Assembly: GCF_006345805.1 (NCBI RefSeq)
Contig: NC_043011.1
Span: 41,986,464-42,050,463, forward strand
Source of the DNA: Octopus sinensis
Lineage: Eukaryota
DNA: 64,000 nt
Reading direction: 5' to 3'
Shown here piece by piece: positions 63,691-64,000 of this stretch (the first letter of the stretch is position 1; every line of letters begins with the position of its first letter). The notes below the pieces were generated by a model that searched no databases, was not told the origin of the DNA, and saw only the letters and a program-made list of their open reading frames with translations. The translations under genes and the position numbers were made by a program.

Positions 63691-64000
63691 CCCTCTCACT
63701 CTTCCCACACTGATATGACTGTCACAGAGGTTCAATAGTTTGTCACTTTAAACTGTTTGCACCAAGTGAGACCCACAGCGGAAGGAGTGTGCCTTCCATG
63801 TCTGAGATGGTGCTGCTACTGCACACACAGCTATCCTAGACTACATTTAGAGAAGGGCTATTCGACTGATTGGCATGAAGTCACCCATAAACATACTCCA
63901 ACTTCTAGTCTGCAGATGTATTGCCACCTCCCTCTGCCTATTCTACCACTACTGTAATGGCCTCTGCTTCTCAAAGCTGACTGGTATTATCCTCCTTTCA

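Overview
This is repeat-dense, AT-rich animal genomic DNA. The SINE/RTE/microsatellite landscape looks like a coleoid cephalopod, probably Octopus (inference from repeat families, not a database result). One protein-coding gene is supported: an integrin alpha chain on the minus strand. I could splice 14 phase-consistent GT-AG exons from 59509 down to the stop at 12775 (2061 nt, 686 aa). They cover beta-propeller blades 4-7, thigh, genu, calf-1, calf-2, the TM helix and a cytoplasmic tail with GFFER instead of GFFKR. The 5' exons appear to lie beyond the window. The rest is mobile DNA: many 5'-truncated RTE-clade LINE copies with a hairpin minisatellite in the 3'UTR, several tRNA-headed SINE families, a full-length dead mariner, Tc1/mariner, piggyBac and hAT derivatives/MITEs, and microsatellites. 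The most interesting signals are: (1) a three-copy tRNA-headed element carrying a Penelope-type minimal hammerhead ribozyme motif and an inverted tail; (2) a near-perfect 107-bp-arm intronic hairpin; (3) head-to-head RTE pairs around (TA)n; (4) a roughly 3.5-kb CpG-undepleted island inside an intron. Repeat coordinates are approximate unless TIR/TSD positions are given.
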